Assembly (NCBI GenBank): GCA_902763655.1 | Contig: CACWSW010000001.1 | Span: forward strand, 5,172-69,171 | DNA length: 64,000 nucleotides | Direction: 5' to 3' | From: an uncultured bacterium | Lineage (GTDB): Bacteria > Verrucomicrobiota > Kiritimatiellia > RFP12 > UBA1067 | Shown: piece after piece, positions 37,201 through 46,156 of the stretch | Layout of the letters: each line of letters begins with the position of its first letter | Numbering within the stretch: position 1 is the stretch's first letter | Notes under the pieces: model-generated | Seen by the model: the letters and a program-made list of their open reading frames with translations, nothing else | Told to the model about the DNA's origin: nothing | The model's database searches: none | Translations under genes and position numbers: made by a program

Positions 37201-39037
37201 CAGTTCCCTCTTCGCCGTACATGTCGAGCGTGTTGTACGTGTTCGAGGATGTGTCCTTAAGATCGGCAAAGGAAAACTCGCCGCGCACAACGCGAAACTT
37301 CTCTTGTGACCACAATGTGCCGCCACGGCGGTAGATGTATCTCGTGAAATGGTCGCGGTCGCAGATGAACCGTCCGCCGTTCAGCAAAAGTTTCGCAGAG
37401 GCGTCCTTGTTGAAGACGTAAGACCAGTATTCCGTGAAGGACGGCGGCGCGTATGTGCTTGCGTTGAAGAACTCGCCCCCGTTCACGGTGCAGACTCCAG
37501 AGAAGGAAAAGAGCGTCTTTCCCGTGCTGTCGTTTATCTCGTTGACGACTCTGCCGCCGTTCACGATTATGTTGCAAGCACCGGAAGACGCGAACATCGT
37601 CACGCCATGCGTGCTGCTCGAGGAGAAGTTCTCGAAGCTTCCGTCGTCTATCGTGATGTCCGCCAGCGTGGCGCGGACAAAAGTTGACGCTGCGGCGTAG
37701 TTGGTGTACTCAATGTTGCCCTTGAACACCATGTTTCCGGACGGTACGTTGCTGATTCTGCTGGACGAAAAGAACGCGCAAGGGTTCCCGACACCTATCA
37801 GCGACACTTTTCCGCCTACACGTGCGGAATCGACTACAAGCGTGACGGATGAGTTCTGAACCACAAATCCGCCCTCAACGCCGTTCACGGTGACCTTATA
37901 GCCGTAAAGGTCGAGAGTGACGGTCTTCGCGTCCTGCGTCGCTGTCGTCACGGTGGAGACGACATCGACCGTCGCAGAGTAGGACGGCGAGTAAACCGTG
38001 CCGCTCCACGTCGTCGAGCCGTCAGTCGCCTTCATGCGCCAGTAGCCGTTTTCAAGAACCATCGTGTAGGTCTTGGACGAGTCGTAGTCCGTACCGGAGA
38101 ACGACCACGTGCAGGTGGCCGTGACGCTTGCGCCGTTGTCTGTGAAAGTGACGGTCTTCGCGTCCTGCGTCCCGTTCTTCGTGGCCGTCACCGTCGTTCC
38201 GTTGTCGTCGCGGGTGAACGTCCAGACGTTCCCGCTCCAAGCGACGCTCCAAGCGTTCCCGTCTGAGAACGACCAGTTGCGCGTCGCCGTGACGAACCGC
38301 TCGTTGAAGGTGAGAGTCGAGCGCGTGCCGTAGTAGTCCGTCTCGCGCGACCAGAACGTCGAGCTGCCCTTGACGATCCGGTACTGGCGCGCGTGATTTG
38401 TCGTGTCGGCGTTGTACGTCACGCTGACGGCGGTTTCGCCGCAATGCCAGGACGAGGAGGGCGTGACGACGACCGACGACGAGATATGGAGATTGCTGTG
38501 CAACCGCACCGTGTCGCCGTCCACGGCGGCGTTGAACGCGGCCTGAAGCGTTGCGTGGCGTGTGACGGTGTAGTTTCCTGCAGAAACGCGGTGAATGAGG
38601 TCAACGGGCGTTTCCGTGCTTTGGCGCATGTCCTTTCCGGCGATGACGACGGCCTTGCCGTCCTCGTCGATTGCGACGTATGGGCTGACAGTGCGGACAT
38701 GCCGGTTGTCGGACGTGAGAATGCCCTCGCGGCTGGCGACGAATCCTATGCCGCCGGAAAGGATGACGTACCGTCCGTCGTCGCCGTTGGTGACGGGCAC
38801 GAGGCGCATCTTGCCTGGCGTTATCGGCGTTCCGTCGTACGTAGTCCCGAGCAGGCCGTCCAGATCCGCCGTGAGGTCTGTGCCGCGCCTCTTGGAGATG
38901 CAGCCCTGCCGCTTGACGAGGAAGTTCTTCAGGAGCGTCGCGCCCTTGAAGTACCTGTCCATGTCCTGGCGGCCCATGACGTTCGCGTCGAGCTGTCCGG
39001 CGATGAAGGCGTGCTGCGTGTTCTTCCAGAGCGGCAT
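34274..39037 (-). CDS. tail fibre / tailspike-like host-recognition protein (1587 aa), probable parallel beta-helix region
   Basis: Very long Thr/Ser/Asn/Gly-rich protein with repetitive ~20-25 aa beta-strand-like units (VNGG..., NGGRVVN..., FSFSGVCTVNGG...). Position after the tail genes. Confidence 0.5.
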   Translation of the reverse strand: MPLWKNTQHAFIAGQLDANVMGRQDMDRYFKGATLLKNFLVKRQGCISKRRGTDLTADLDGLLGTTYDGTPITPGKMRLVPVTNGDDGRYVILSGGIGFVASREGILTSDNRHVRTVSPYVAIDEDGKAVVIAGKDMRQSTETPVDLIHRVSAGNYTVTRHATLQAAFNAAVDGDTVRLHSNLHISSSVVVTPSSSWHCGETAVSVTYNADTTNHARQYRIVKGSSTFWSRETDYYGTRSTLTFNERFVTATRNWSFSDGNAWSVAWSGNVWTFTRDDNGTTVTATKNGTQDAKTVTFTDNGASVTATCTWSFSGTDYDSSKTYTMVLENGYWRMKATDGSTTWSGTVYSPSYSATVDVVSTVTTATQDAKTVTLDLYGYKVTVNGVEGGFVVQNSSVTLVVDSARVGGKVSLIGVGNPCAFFSSSRISNVPSGNMVFKGNIEYTNYAAASTFVRATLADITIDDGSFENFSSSSTHGVTMFASSGACNIIVNGGRVVNEINDSTGKTLFSFSGVCTVNGGEFFNASTYAPPSFTEYWSYVFNKDASAKLLLNGGRFICDRDHFTRYIYRRGGTLWSQEKFRVVRGEFSFADLKDTSSNTYNTLDMYGEEGTVANQTDPTSDGYHGFKQNGEGDYAWDGSSHDLIPYRFAIPYADADLSDLCIRQSGDTLFIAHRDYPPAKIYFDTHGKAYFEELQLDNTDFSPPVVESATMVGNDPKETDNWPAEFTTPPSWLTNTQKAAVTTFKNACKALGTVTDAGFSGNKADGSDGSCSYACSYTCTSVSVNRSTGKKTTTVSVKSFTKSITKEETVTYNNGLATGSTMNTVTTDGSAENSASATSVIVTRTVRYVATYIKDGKESRPSSPYAVDYDMPWANNAVVNITIAKGANDDEPDYYNVYKDNGNGYGLIATVGVDRIAGGVSGAVDTYPLFMPDNTKPTGMLVCAADFEENKGWATGDILRKMVSSGKDSFTSSPANDICLISTAANQSHGIVFDFPASTRFDRIRLMLDGRIYDKESNSSYLIVSTNRVTCTVTYRKTDGTTGTTSKTADAPQGFSFGGISGGSYYGIYEDWIGLQRKAFTAPNGDTVYGHLYGKGDCKEEFNAHLRRLDFDFKSTFDGIADFGNVKSIKFTFSESVYSYWTNNQQGCIHAIHFYSGGTSDSGIVQDDYINPDMTVTPPDDTQDAHFSAADEYPGCVGIYEQRLVFASTRNSPSTIWMSRIADLYNFTAHESIREDDALELTLAATEFPNINHLVMGRDLMLFGDGGEWLISPVSGNALTYKTASAKLQSMVGSDRALQPLQLADETLFAERGGTCLRSINYNYTSDSYQSEDLSVIAQSVFRANPIVSMAYKQHPDSIVECVLADGRVATLVYMKEQEVAAWSVQELGGGWKAKEIVSPKCIVNGTTEMMLLVEKSGVFQLWKVRDDDDAMTDASQVVLDGMHIETDSAPTGTGEQGVALGDGTYAIGWPVESEFVSVRPEPEKGQTAQMEIKNATETEIRVTDATTFSVKPYGASSGWREVALPALRDGTSVALSSKDCKKLMTGSNSRDGRVHLKHVEPWPLTILSVSTTYQVEYENGGNGQQ

Positions 39038-39049
39038 GGTCCTCTCCCG

Positions 39050-40054
39050 TTAAACGAGTCCGTGGAACGAGTGGCGCGGCAGGTGCGGGCCGTCCGGGCG
39101 GATGCCGTGCATGGCGTCCACGTAGTGGTTGCGTCCCCAGGCGTCCTTTGGCGTGGACGACTCGCGGGCGTCCTCCGCCTTGGCGTCGCGGAGCGCGGCG
39201 GCGTACTTCCCCTCCAGCAGCTCAACGAGGTTCGGCACCTCGGTCTGCGCGGTGTCTGCGGCGAGACGGTAGAGGTAGAGGCGGCGGATCGCGGACGGCC
39301 ACCTGTCCGGCCTCTTGTCGTCGCGGACGTACACGGCCTTGACGACCGGCGCGCGCGCGACGATGGACGAGCCGAACACCTTCCAGTCGTCGAGCCGCCC
39401 GCCGTGGGCGTACACGGCCAGCAGACGGGCGCATCCCGCAGGAACTTCGCTCGCGAAGGCGTACGGGTCGCAGCCGTGCGGAACCTTGCAGGAGGGAGTC
39501 GGCTCCTCCGCCTTGGCGAAGTTCCAAGGATGGACGGAGAGGACGACGTGGCGAACGCCGTCCGCGAGCGCGGAGGCCCTGTCCGTGATCGTCTTGATCG
39601 ACCGCGGAAGGTGCCCGTCGGTCGGATCGAAGCGCGGCACGAGAAGGGCCAGGAGGTCGCGCGTCAGCGCGTCCGTGACGGCCTTGCGCTCCTTCTCCAG
39701 CTCCTCGACGCGCGCCTGAGCGAGCTTCTGCGCGGCGAGCGACGCCCAGAGCTTCAGGTCTTCCATGCGGCCAGCAAGCGGAATGGCCAGCTCGCGGGCG
39801 ATGGCGTAAGCGAGCGCGGCCCGCATGGCCTGTGTCCAGTTCGTCGTGTCCGCGTCCGTCGCGGCCGAGGCTGTCACTGTCCAGTCGTGGGCCGCCCACA
39901 CTTCGGCGATGGCCGTGCCGAACGACACCTGGCTCTTGCGCCATTCAAGCGAATCGTCCGTAGCCGCGTTCGCGACCGTCGGAAGATCGACGTCCTGCCG
40001 CAGGAGGTAAAGCGCCTCCTGGCAGACGGCTATGTTGCTCGCGTTGATCGTCAT
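39050..40054 (-). CDS. phage tail-associated protein, unknown function
   Basis: 334 aa ORF immediately upstream of the tail fibre gene, co-oriented. Confidence 0.4.
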   Translation of the reverse strand: MTINASNIAVCQEALYLLRQDVDLPTVANAATDDSLEWRKSQVSFGTAIAEVWAAHDWTVTASAATDADTTNWTQAMRAALAYAIARELAIPLAGRMEDLKLWASLAAQKLAQARVEELEKERKAVTDALTRDLLALLVPRFDPTDGHLPRSIKTITDRASALADGVRHVVLSVHPWNFAKAEEPTPSCKVPHGCDPYAFASEVPAGCARLLAVYAHGGRLDDWKVFGSSIVARAPVVKAVYVRDDKRPDRWPSAIRRLYLYRLAADTAQTEVPNLVELLEGKYAAALRDAKAEDARESSTPKDAWGRNHYVDAMHGIRPDGPHLPRHSFHGLV

Positions 40055-40076
40055 GGCCTCGCCCTCCGTTGGATTG

Positions 40077-40640
40077 CTACTTCACCGTGCAGTCCGTGCA
40101 GTTGCCCGCCGTGTCGCACTGTACGCTGGTGGTCCCGTCCGTCACCTTGACCGTGTTGTCGGCGGTGTTCGCCGTGACCGTCGCCTTAGACACGTCGCCG
40201 CCCTTGTCGCTGAAGTAGCTGATCACTTTCTTGGCCGTGGCAAGCGCGACGTCTGCCTGCGCTCCTCCGCCGGCGACTTTCGTATAAGCCTCGGCGGCGG
40301 TCGCGATCAGCTGCGTCACGCCATCGAGCGAGGTGTGCACGAGCGCGGTGAGGTTGGTCGCGTCGGCGCCTCCGCGATAGTTGTTGATCGCAAGCTCGGC
40401 GGAACCGGCTTTCGCTGACAACGAATCGAATTCTTGCCAGTTCCAGTGTTGAAAGTAATCCACTGACCATCCGCCGTCCAGGACCAGGGGATTGCCAGCA
40501 GCGTCCTTTACGACAGAGACCGTGCCGTCCGCGTTCTGGACGGTCGCGAGAGACTGGGCTTTGCGGTCAACCTCGATCGACTTGCAGCCCGTAATGGCCG
40601 CCGCACACGCGGCGAGCGCGATTATCATCATTCTTTTCAT
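40077..40640 (-). CDS. phage-encoded lipoprotein
   Basis: MKRMMIIALAACAAAITGC signal peptide with lipobox Cys. Confidence 0.55.
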   Translation of the reverse strand: MKRMMIIALAACAAAITGCKSIEVDRKAQSLATVQNADGTVSVVKDAAGNPLVLDGGWSVDYFQHWNWQEFDSLSAKAGSAELAINNYRGGADATNLTALVHTSLDGVTQLIATAAEAYTKVAGGGAQADVALATAKKVISYFSDKGGDVSKATVTANTADNTVKVTDGTTSVQCDTAGNCTDCTVK

Positions 40641-40683
40641 TGTTACTCCTTTGTTTTCCGAGGCGGCACCATGTCGCCCGAAA

Positions 40684-41334
40684 TCACTTGCTGATTATCA
40701 GCTGCACGCGTCCGCCGTTGAACGCCGTGCCGCTCGCGTAGATGAAGTCGCCGGGCGCGAACACGCCGCTGACGGCGTTCGTCTTGAAGCCGCCGGAGAG
40801 CGTCACGTTGCAGATGTCGTTCGTGACGTACTTCGCCGCCTGGCGCTGGACCGTGTAGGGCATGACGCGGCGCGACGACTCGACCTTGTACGGGATGTTC
40901 GTGTACACTTCGACGCCAACTAGCTTGTTCGTCGTGATCAGCAGGTCGGGCCACGGATAGACGGACGGCATGGCGTTCATCGCCCGCACAAGGAAGTTGG
41001 TCACGACCACCGTGTTCGTCGTCCCCGCGACCGTGACGGCATTCGTGCGCCACGCGCTCACCATGTCGTTTGTGACGGTGTGCGTGAGGTTGCTCCACGC
41101 GGTCGTGTAGATGATGTTCGTCACCGTCCGCGTCTCGTTCCACGTGATCGAGAGCGCCGTCACCTTCTTCAGGACGACGGTTCCGCTCGCATTCGTGCTG
41201 ACGGCATGCAGCATCACGCCGGCGCAAGGCGTAGGCACGGCGTTGTCGCCGGATCCCAGAGGAACGGCGTCGTAGGCAGCCCATGCGGACACGGCCAGCG
41301 CTGCGGCCGCGCAAAACCAGATGATTTTCTTCAT
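40684..41334 (-). CDS. secreted phage protein
   Basis: Start at MKKIIWFCAAAALAVSAWA signal peptide. Thr/Asn/Val-rich beta-type sequence. Confidence 0.4.
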   Translation of the reverse strand: MKKIIWFCAAAALAVSAWAAYDAVPLGSGDNAVPTPCAGVMLHAVSTNASGTVVLKKVTALSITWNETRTVTNIIYTTAWSNLTHTVTNDMVSAWRTNAVTVAGTTNTVVVTNFLVRAMNAMPSVYPWPDLLITTNKLVGVEVYTNIPYKVESSRRVMPYTVQRQAAKYVTNDICNVTLSGGFKTNAVSGVFAPGDFIYASGTAFNGGRVQLIISK

Positions 41335-41792
41335 TTGTCTTTTCCTTTGTAGTGGCGCGCGCCGAACAGCCGGAGCACGCTGTATTCGATGTTGGCGCGC
41401 CACGCGGCGATGCCAAAATGCCTGAGAAGGGCGTAGTAGCACTCGTCCGCCTCCCTGCGGGTGAGGTCAGACGGAAGCGCATAGCAAAAGTATCTGCTAT
41501 CATGGATCTGGGCGGCGTTCGGCTCGAAGTCGCCGTAAAGCCAGTCGTGCAGCACGGCCGCGTAGACGCGCGGGGCCTGCAAGGGATGTCCGCACAGCCG
41601 CCACAGGAAACGGGGGATGCTCGCGCCGTCCGTACGCGTCCCGGCTGGCACCGTGAAGCGGAAGCCACACACCTCGTCGATGTGCCAGTCCTCCATGAGA
41701 ACGGCATCGGTCTCTCCGAGCGGCGTTATCGGGAGCCGGATTATCGGCGCCGCGCATGATGCCCATTTGGTCGTCATCAGCCGCCTCCCCAC
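41331..41792 (-). CDS. DUF1353-like phage protein
   Basis: FTVPAGTRTDGASIPRFLW ... LHDWLY resembles the DUF1353 conserved core. Confidence 0.45.
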   Translation of the reverse strand: MGRRLMTTKWASCAAPIIRLPITPLGETDAVLMEDWHIDEVCGFRFTVPAGTRTDGASIPRFLWRLCGHPLQAPRVYAAVLHDWLYGDFEPNAAQIHDSRYFCYALPSDLTRREADECYYALLRHFGIAAWRANIEYSVLRLFGARHYKGKDK

Positions 41793-41938
41793 ACTTTAGC
41801 GAGTGCCCAGCCGAACAGGCCTCCGCTCGGAAACAGCAGCCACATGAAACGCTGGATCCAGACGATGTTCGTCTTCACAGACGCCAGTTCGGTCTCGACC
41901 TTGCCGAGTCTCTGGTAGATTTCCGCGTTGTCGCCCAT
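41777..41938 (-). CDS. small single-TM protein (possible holin-like)
   Basis: 53 aa, MGDNAEIYQRLGKVETELASVKTNIVWIQRFMWLLFPSGGLFGWALAKVW. The start abuts the upstream gene's stop. Confidence 0.3.
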   Translation of the reverse strand: MGDNAEIYQRLGKVETELASVKTNIVWIQRFMWLLFPSGGLFGWALAKVWGGG

Positions 41939-42417
41939 CACCTGTCGCCTCCCGCCGTGACCGTCACCGTGACGTTCGACACGCTCGCCTTCTCCTGCTG
42001 GCGCCTGAGCCTCGCCTTGGCAAGCTCCCTCGGGACGCCCTTGACGAGCGTTGTCTTCAGCCGCGAGTTCGCGTTGCTGACGGACACGGACGGCGGGACG
42101 TACGGCGCCTCGAACGTGAACTCGGTTCCGTCCTCGTGGCGTTCCGTCTTTACGAGCGTCGTGCCGTTCGTCGTGACGGTCTGTAGCATCAGCTTCCCGT
42201 GCCAGGCCCTCCGGCCGTTGCCGTTCTCGCAGTCGCGGTGGTACTTGCGGTTGATGAGCTGCAATGCGGCGATCAGGTCTGCCTGAGTCCACGTGTTCGT
42301 CGATCCGTCCGAGAAGAGCGTCTGGGCGACGACCTGCGAGAGGTTGCCTTCGGGACGGAGCGCGAGAGGCGCGAGCGCCGCCAGGGCGAGCGCGAAGAGT
42401 GCTGCTGTCTTATTCAT
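41938..42417 (-). CDS. secreted phage protein
   Basis: MNKTAALFALALAALAPLALR signal peptide. Confidence 0.4.
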   Translation of the reverse strand: MNKTAALFALALAALAPLALRPEGNLSQVVAQTLFSDGSTNTWTQADLIAALQLINRKYHRDCENGNGRRAWHGKLMLQTVTTNGTTLVKTERHEDGTEFTFEAPYVPPSVSVSNANSRLKTTLVKGVPRELAKARLRRQQEKASVSNVTVTVTAGGDR

Positions 42418-43063
42418 CGTCTGGTTCTCCTTCTTCTTCCGGCAGGATGAACACCGGCGGTGCGATCTTCTCGCCGTCGGCCTCGATCGCCGTTCGGATC
42501 GGGATCAGGTCGAGGTTGTAGAGCCTGTCCGTCATCCAAATCGTCTGCCAGACGCCGTTCGTGTGTACGGCCGGTCCTGGCGTCCATGTGGTGTAGCAGT
42601 ACCAACGGTTCGAGATGGCGTTCTCGAAGGCGAAGTCAAGCGGGTTCGGGAAGTCCGCGAGCGTCGCCGCGTAGGCGGTCACCATTTCTTCCTCGTTCGT
42701 CGATCCGTCCGGCCAGTACGAAAGGACGATCGGCGCGGACGACGGGATCAGGTACGAGTGGAAGGCGACGTGAACGAGGTCATTGGTGACGTACGATCCC
42801 GCGTCCACCAGATACGCGATCTCGATGTCCGTGCGAGGGAAGCTGACGTTGCGAGTGGCCTTGCTCCCGCCGTACAGCACCGCGCAGACGACGGCGACAG
42901 TGGCCATGACGCCCTGCACCTTCGACTTGCCGAACATCGTCCGCACGCGCGAGAGCATGTCCCTCGCGAAAGGAACGCATACGGCTCCCGCGATGATCGC
43001 GAGCGCGCAAGCGCAGAGCCAAAGGACGGACGCACCGAATCCCGCTATGAGCGCCTCGGTCAC
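42410..43063 (-). CDS. membrane-anchored phage protein
   Basis: GTG start overlapping the upstream stop (GTGA). N-terminal TM segment ALIAGFGASVLWLCACALAIIAGAV. Confidence 0.35.
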   Translation of the reverse strand: MTEALIAGFGASVLWLCACALAIIAGAVCVPFARDMLSRVRTMFGKSKVQGVMATVAVVCAVLYGGSKATRNVSFPRTDIEIAYLVDAGSYVTNDLVHVAFHSYLIPSSAPIVLSYWPDGSTNEEEMVTAYAATLADFPNPLDFAFENAISNRWYCYTTWTPGPAVHTNGVWQTIWMTDRLYNLDLIPIRTAIEADGEKIAPPVFILPEEEGEPDDE

Positions 43064-44511
43064 TGCACGACCTCCCACGTGATCGAACCGTTGTTGTATA
43101 CCGGCCTCACCTTGTGGATGCCGTCGGTGCAGAGGATCCCGCCCTCCGTGGATATGGGCGCGGAGTTCTTGATGTACGTCTCGCCGCCAACCTCGTACTC
43201 CGCATTTACGAACATCTTTGGCAGCGCGGTCTTTCCCCACACCTCTGCCACCCAGGCACCGCTAGAACCTGTCCATTCCACGTTCGCCACGCAGTCGCCG
43301 GCCGTCTCGGCCTTCCAGTCAGCCGTCGAGAGGTTGGCACAGACCTTGACGGTCGGATGCGACTCGCTCACGACGGCGTAGGTGATGTGCATGTGGGTGA
43401 TTCCCATCACGCTTGTCGTCGTGATGGATCCCGCCTGCGCGCCGACGGTGCGCTTGTTCCCCTTGACGATCTCGAAAAGCGAATTGCCCTCGTCGTCGCT
43501 GATCCGGAAGAAGCCGTTTGTCATGTTGCCGCCAGTCTCGGTGACAAGCCCGTTCGACACGAGCACCCATATCGCGCCCTCGGACGTGATCGTTCGCTGG
43601 TAGGCAAGCCCTGCGGCGATGGCGATCTTCGGGCTGCTGATCCACGTGTAGCCGTCAGGCGCGTAGTTCCCCGTGTGGCTCTCGTAGAAGCCCCAGGCGC
43701 GGTCTGCCTTTTCGTCCATGAGAGCGGCGATCTGCGCCTTGTCGTGGTAGTTCGTCGGCAGGTAGGTGCCGAAGAGCCAGTTCCAGCGCGTCATCTCGTT
43801 CCAGACGATCTTCCAGTAGTTCGATCCGCCTTCGTCCACGCGCTGCTGGAAGCTCATGGACGGCATCGTGACGGTGGAGTCGTAGTTCGTTATTACGACC
43901 TTCGCGTCGTCGCCCTGTAGGTAGGCGATGGCCGTTGTGGCCTTGCCGTCCGCCGTTGCCGCGAGGTTCGACGAGGCGTTGTACTGGGCCATTGTCGGCG
44001 CGCCCACGTCCGACGCCGAAAGCGTTATGTCGGACGAGAGCGCCTTGCCGTTCACCGTGCGGCTCGTCGGCACGTCGCCCGAAAGGTGCGTCGGCGTGTT
44101 GGTTATCTCGTGCCATCCGTAGACCGGCTTGTTCGCGCCCTTCGCCCATGCCGGGACGTGCGGATCGGTTTCGCCGGTCAGGAAGTCGTTCCATCCGATG
44201 TCCTGCATCGACCAGTAGCCGCCCGAGCCGTACGTCGTGAACTTCCAGAACGAGACGCCGTTGGACGATATGGTCGTGGACATGTCGAGGCCGCCCTGCG
44301 ACTTCGGGAAGCGCAGCGGCCCGTACATGTCGCCGCCCTGCTGCGTGAACTGCGAGAAGTACGGATCCTCCTCGGACATGGAGAGTCCGGAGAGGTCAAC
44401 GTTCGTCACCACGTTGTCGTTCAGCCCCAGGATGCCGTACTTGGCCGTGCTGACGCTGGCGCCGTGCGCCGCGAACGCCGCGAGGATCGCGAGAAAAGCG
44501 AGTCGTCTCAT
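43060..44511 (-). CDS. secreted tail-associated protein
   Basis: Start at MRRLAFLAILAAFAAHGASVS signal peptide. 483 aa, Thr/Ser/Gly-rich. Confidence 0.4.
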   Translation of the reverse strand: MRRLAFLAILAAFAAHGASVSTAKYGILGLNDNVVTNVDLSGLSMSEEDPYFSQFTQQGGDMYGPLRFPKSQGGLDMSTTISSNGVSFWKFTTYGSGGYWSMQDIGWNDFLTGETDPHVPAWAKGANKPVYGWHEITNTPTHLSGDVPTSRTVNGKALSSDITLSASDVGAPTMAQYNASSNLAATADGKATTAIAYLQGDDAKVVITNYDSTVTMPSMSFQQRVDEGGSNYWKIVWNEMTRWNWLFGTYLPTNYHDKAQIAALMDEKADRAWGFYESHTGNYAPDGYTWISSPKIAIAAGLAYQRTITSEGAIWVLVSNGLVTETGGNMTNGFFRISDDEGNSLFEIVKGNKRTVGAQAGSITTTSVMGITHMHITYAVVSESHPTVKVCANLSTADWKAETAGDCVANVEWTGSSGAWVAEVWGKTALPKMFVNAEYEVGGETYIKNSAPISTEGGILCTDGIHKVRPVYNNGSITWEVVQ

Positions 44512-45143
44512 GATACGGTTCCTCCCATCGCCTCGAATATCGTCTTGATCGCGTCCGCCATCTTTATGGCGTTGACCGTGGAGAACTCGAACGTCTTGCC
44601 CTGGAGCGTCACGGTCACGCGCTCCGACTTCAGCCACTCCTCCAGCGTCCCCTCGTAGCCGTTCTCGACCGCGAGCTGGTAGGCGCTCTTGCCGTCCTGC
44701 CCGGGCGTTCCGGGCGGGCCTTTGAGCGTGGCCATCCCGAACGCGGCCCGGTCAAGCTCGAACACCTCCGGCGACCAGTCGATGAATATTGCGCCGACTG
44801 CCTCCACATCCGGCTTCCACGTCCACGTGTCGCCGTCGTTTTCCGTCACCTGCTGGTTGAGGTAGAGTCCGAATTGATGACGCGCGGCCTCACCGTGGAA
44901 CGCCTTGCGGAGTTCCGCGCCGGTGAGGTCGAGCGTAAGCGCGCCGTCGTCGTAGGACGACTGCGCGAGCGGAAGGGTCGAGCCTTGCGCGAAGACGGTC
45001 AGCACCGGCCTGTGGTTCGCGCTGTCCGGCTCCCAGCCGTCCAGCTCCACCGCAGTCCTCGTCCCGAGGAACATCTTCCCCGATACGATCCTGAGCGACG
45101 ACCTTTCGGCGTCAACCTCTATCGTGACCTTCTTCGCCATGGC
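44508..45143 (-). CDS. phage structural protein with short collagen-like motif
   Basis: Start at MAKKVTIEV. Contains GPPGTPGQDGKSAYQLAVENGYEGTLEEWL, a Gly-X-Y motif recurrent in tail-fibre proteins. Confidence 0.4.
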   Translation of the reverse strand, partial: AMAKKVTIEVDAERSSLRIVSGKMFLGTRTAVELDGWEPDSANHRPVLTVFAQGSTLPLAQSSYDDGALTLDLTGAELRKAFHGEAARHQFGLYLNQQVTENDGDTWTWKPDVEAVGAIFIDWSPEVFELDRAAFGMATLKGPPGTPGQDGKSAYQLAVENGYEGTLEEWLKSERVTVTLQGKTFEFSTVNAIKMADAIKTIFEAMGGTVS

Positions 45144-45153
45144 CCGTCCTCCG

Positions 45154-45615
45154 TCAGTCGATGTCCTGTCCCTGCGCGCGCAGGAGCTTCTTGGCCAGTT
45201 CCTCGCAGGTGTCTTTGGCCTTGTACGCGGCGCCGCAAGCGTCAAGCGCAGCCGTCAGCTTCTCCTTGCCGAGCGCCGCAGTCCTCTTCAAGAGTTCGTC
45301 CTGGGCGATCTTCTCGGCGCGGGCCTGTTCGGCAGCAGCTTCCTCGAGCGTGGGCTGACGCGTTCCAACGGCTTCGCCGTTCTGCGGTAGCGCGTCGCGG
45401 GCGTCTGGATCGTTCGCCGGTGGCGGTGTCGGCTTGTCGCCGTCGCCATCCTTCGGAAGCTCGACGTTCGCGATCGGAAGCTCCGTTTCGGCCTCGACGA
45501 AATTGCCGAGCATGTGCGGCGGGAAGGGCATCCCGTTCGGCCATTCGATCGTCTGTCCCTTGTCAACGATTCCGCGTCCGGGCACCTGCGTCGCGGATTT
45601 GCAAAGTATCTTCAT
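45154..45615 (-). CDS. hypothetical phage protein
   Basis: 153 aa, Pro/Asp-rich middle. Lies between the capsid and tail genes. Confidence 0.35.
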   Translation of the reverse strand: MKILCKSATQVPGRGIVDKGQTIEWPNGMPFPPHMLGNFVEAETELPIANVELPKDGDGDKPTPPPANDPDARDALPQNGEAVGTRQPTLEEAAAEQARAEKIAQDELLKRTAALGKEKLTAALDACGAAYKAKDTCEELAKKLLRAQGQDID

Positions 45616-45697
45616 TGTCGTTCCTTTCGGGATTGCCCCGCCGTCCGCGAGAGCGTAGTAGACGCGGACGGCGGAGCGGTTTTACGCATTGCCTTGG

Positions 45698-46138
45698 CTA
45701 CGCCTCGACGACGGCGCGGACGGCGTCGCCCTGCTTGGCGACGTCCTCGGTGCCCTGGACGCGAGCGGTGTCCAGGTCGTGCTCGAGCGCGTCCGTGATC
45801 TCGGCGAACACGGTGGTCGCCGCGTCGATCGCGGTCAGGACCTTCACCTCGGCCTTGAGGTAGCGCTTCAGCCCGAGCGGGAGACGTCCCTCGTAGAGCT
45901 TCGCGCCGACGTTCGTCGCCGTGATGACGTCGGACCAGTCGCTGCCGTTGGCGGACGTGAGCACCTTGAAGCGCACGTAGCCGTCGGACGCCGAAGCGCC
46001 GAGCTGCGCCTTGATGAAGAGACGCCCGTCGATGTCGTCCCCGTTGTAGCGGGTGTCGATCAGCTTGGACGTGATCTCCGTGTTCTGCGTGGCGGCGAGC
46101 GCCTTGTTCAGGAAGAACATGAGCATTTTGTCGTGCAT
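45698..46138 (-). CDS. hypothetical phage head-associated protein
   Basis: 146 aa ORF immediately downstream of the capsid gene. Confidence 0.35.
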   Translation of the reverse strand: MHDKMLMFFLNKALAATQNTEITSKLIDTRYNGDDIDGRLFIKAQLGASASDGYVRFKVLTSANGSDWSDVITATNVGAKLYEGRLPLGLKRYLKAEVKVLTAIDAATTVFAEITDALEHDLDTARVQGTEDVAKQGDAVRAVVEA

Positions 46139-46156
46139 TGTCTTTCCCTCCTTGGA

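Noticed and set aside
41331-41792. Calling DUF1353 protein an endolysin
   Set aside because: It has no catalytic motif of any known lysin family. It is kept as a domain of unknown function.
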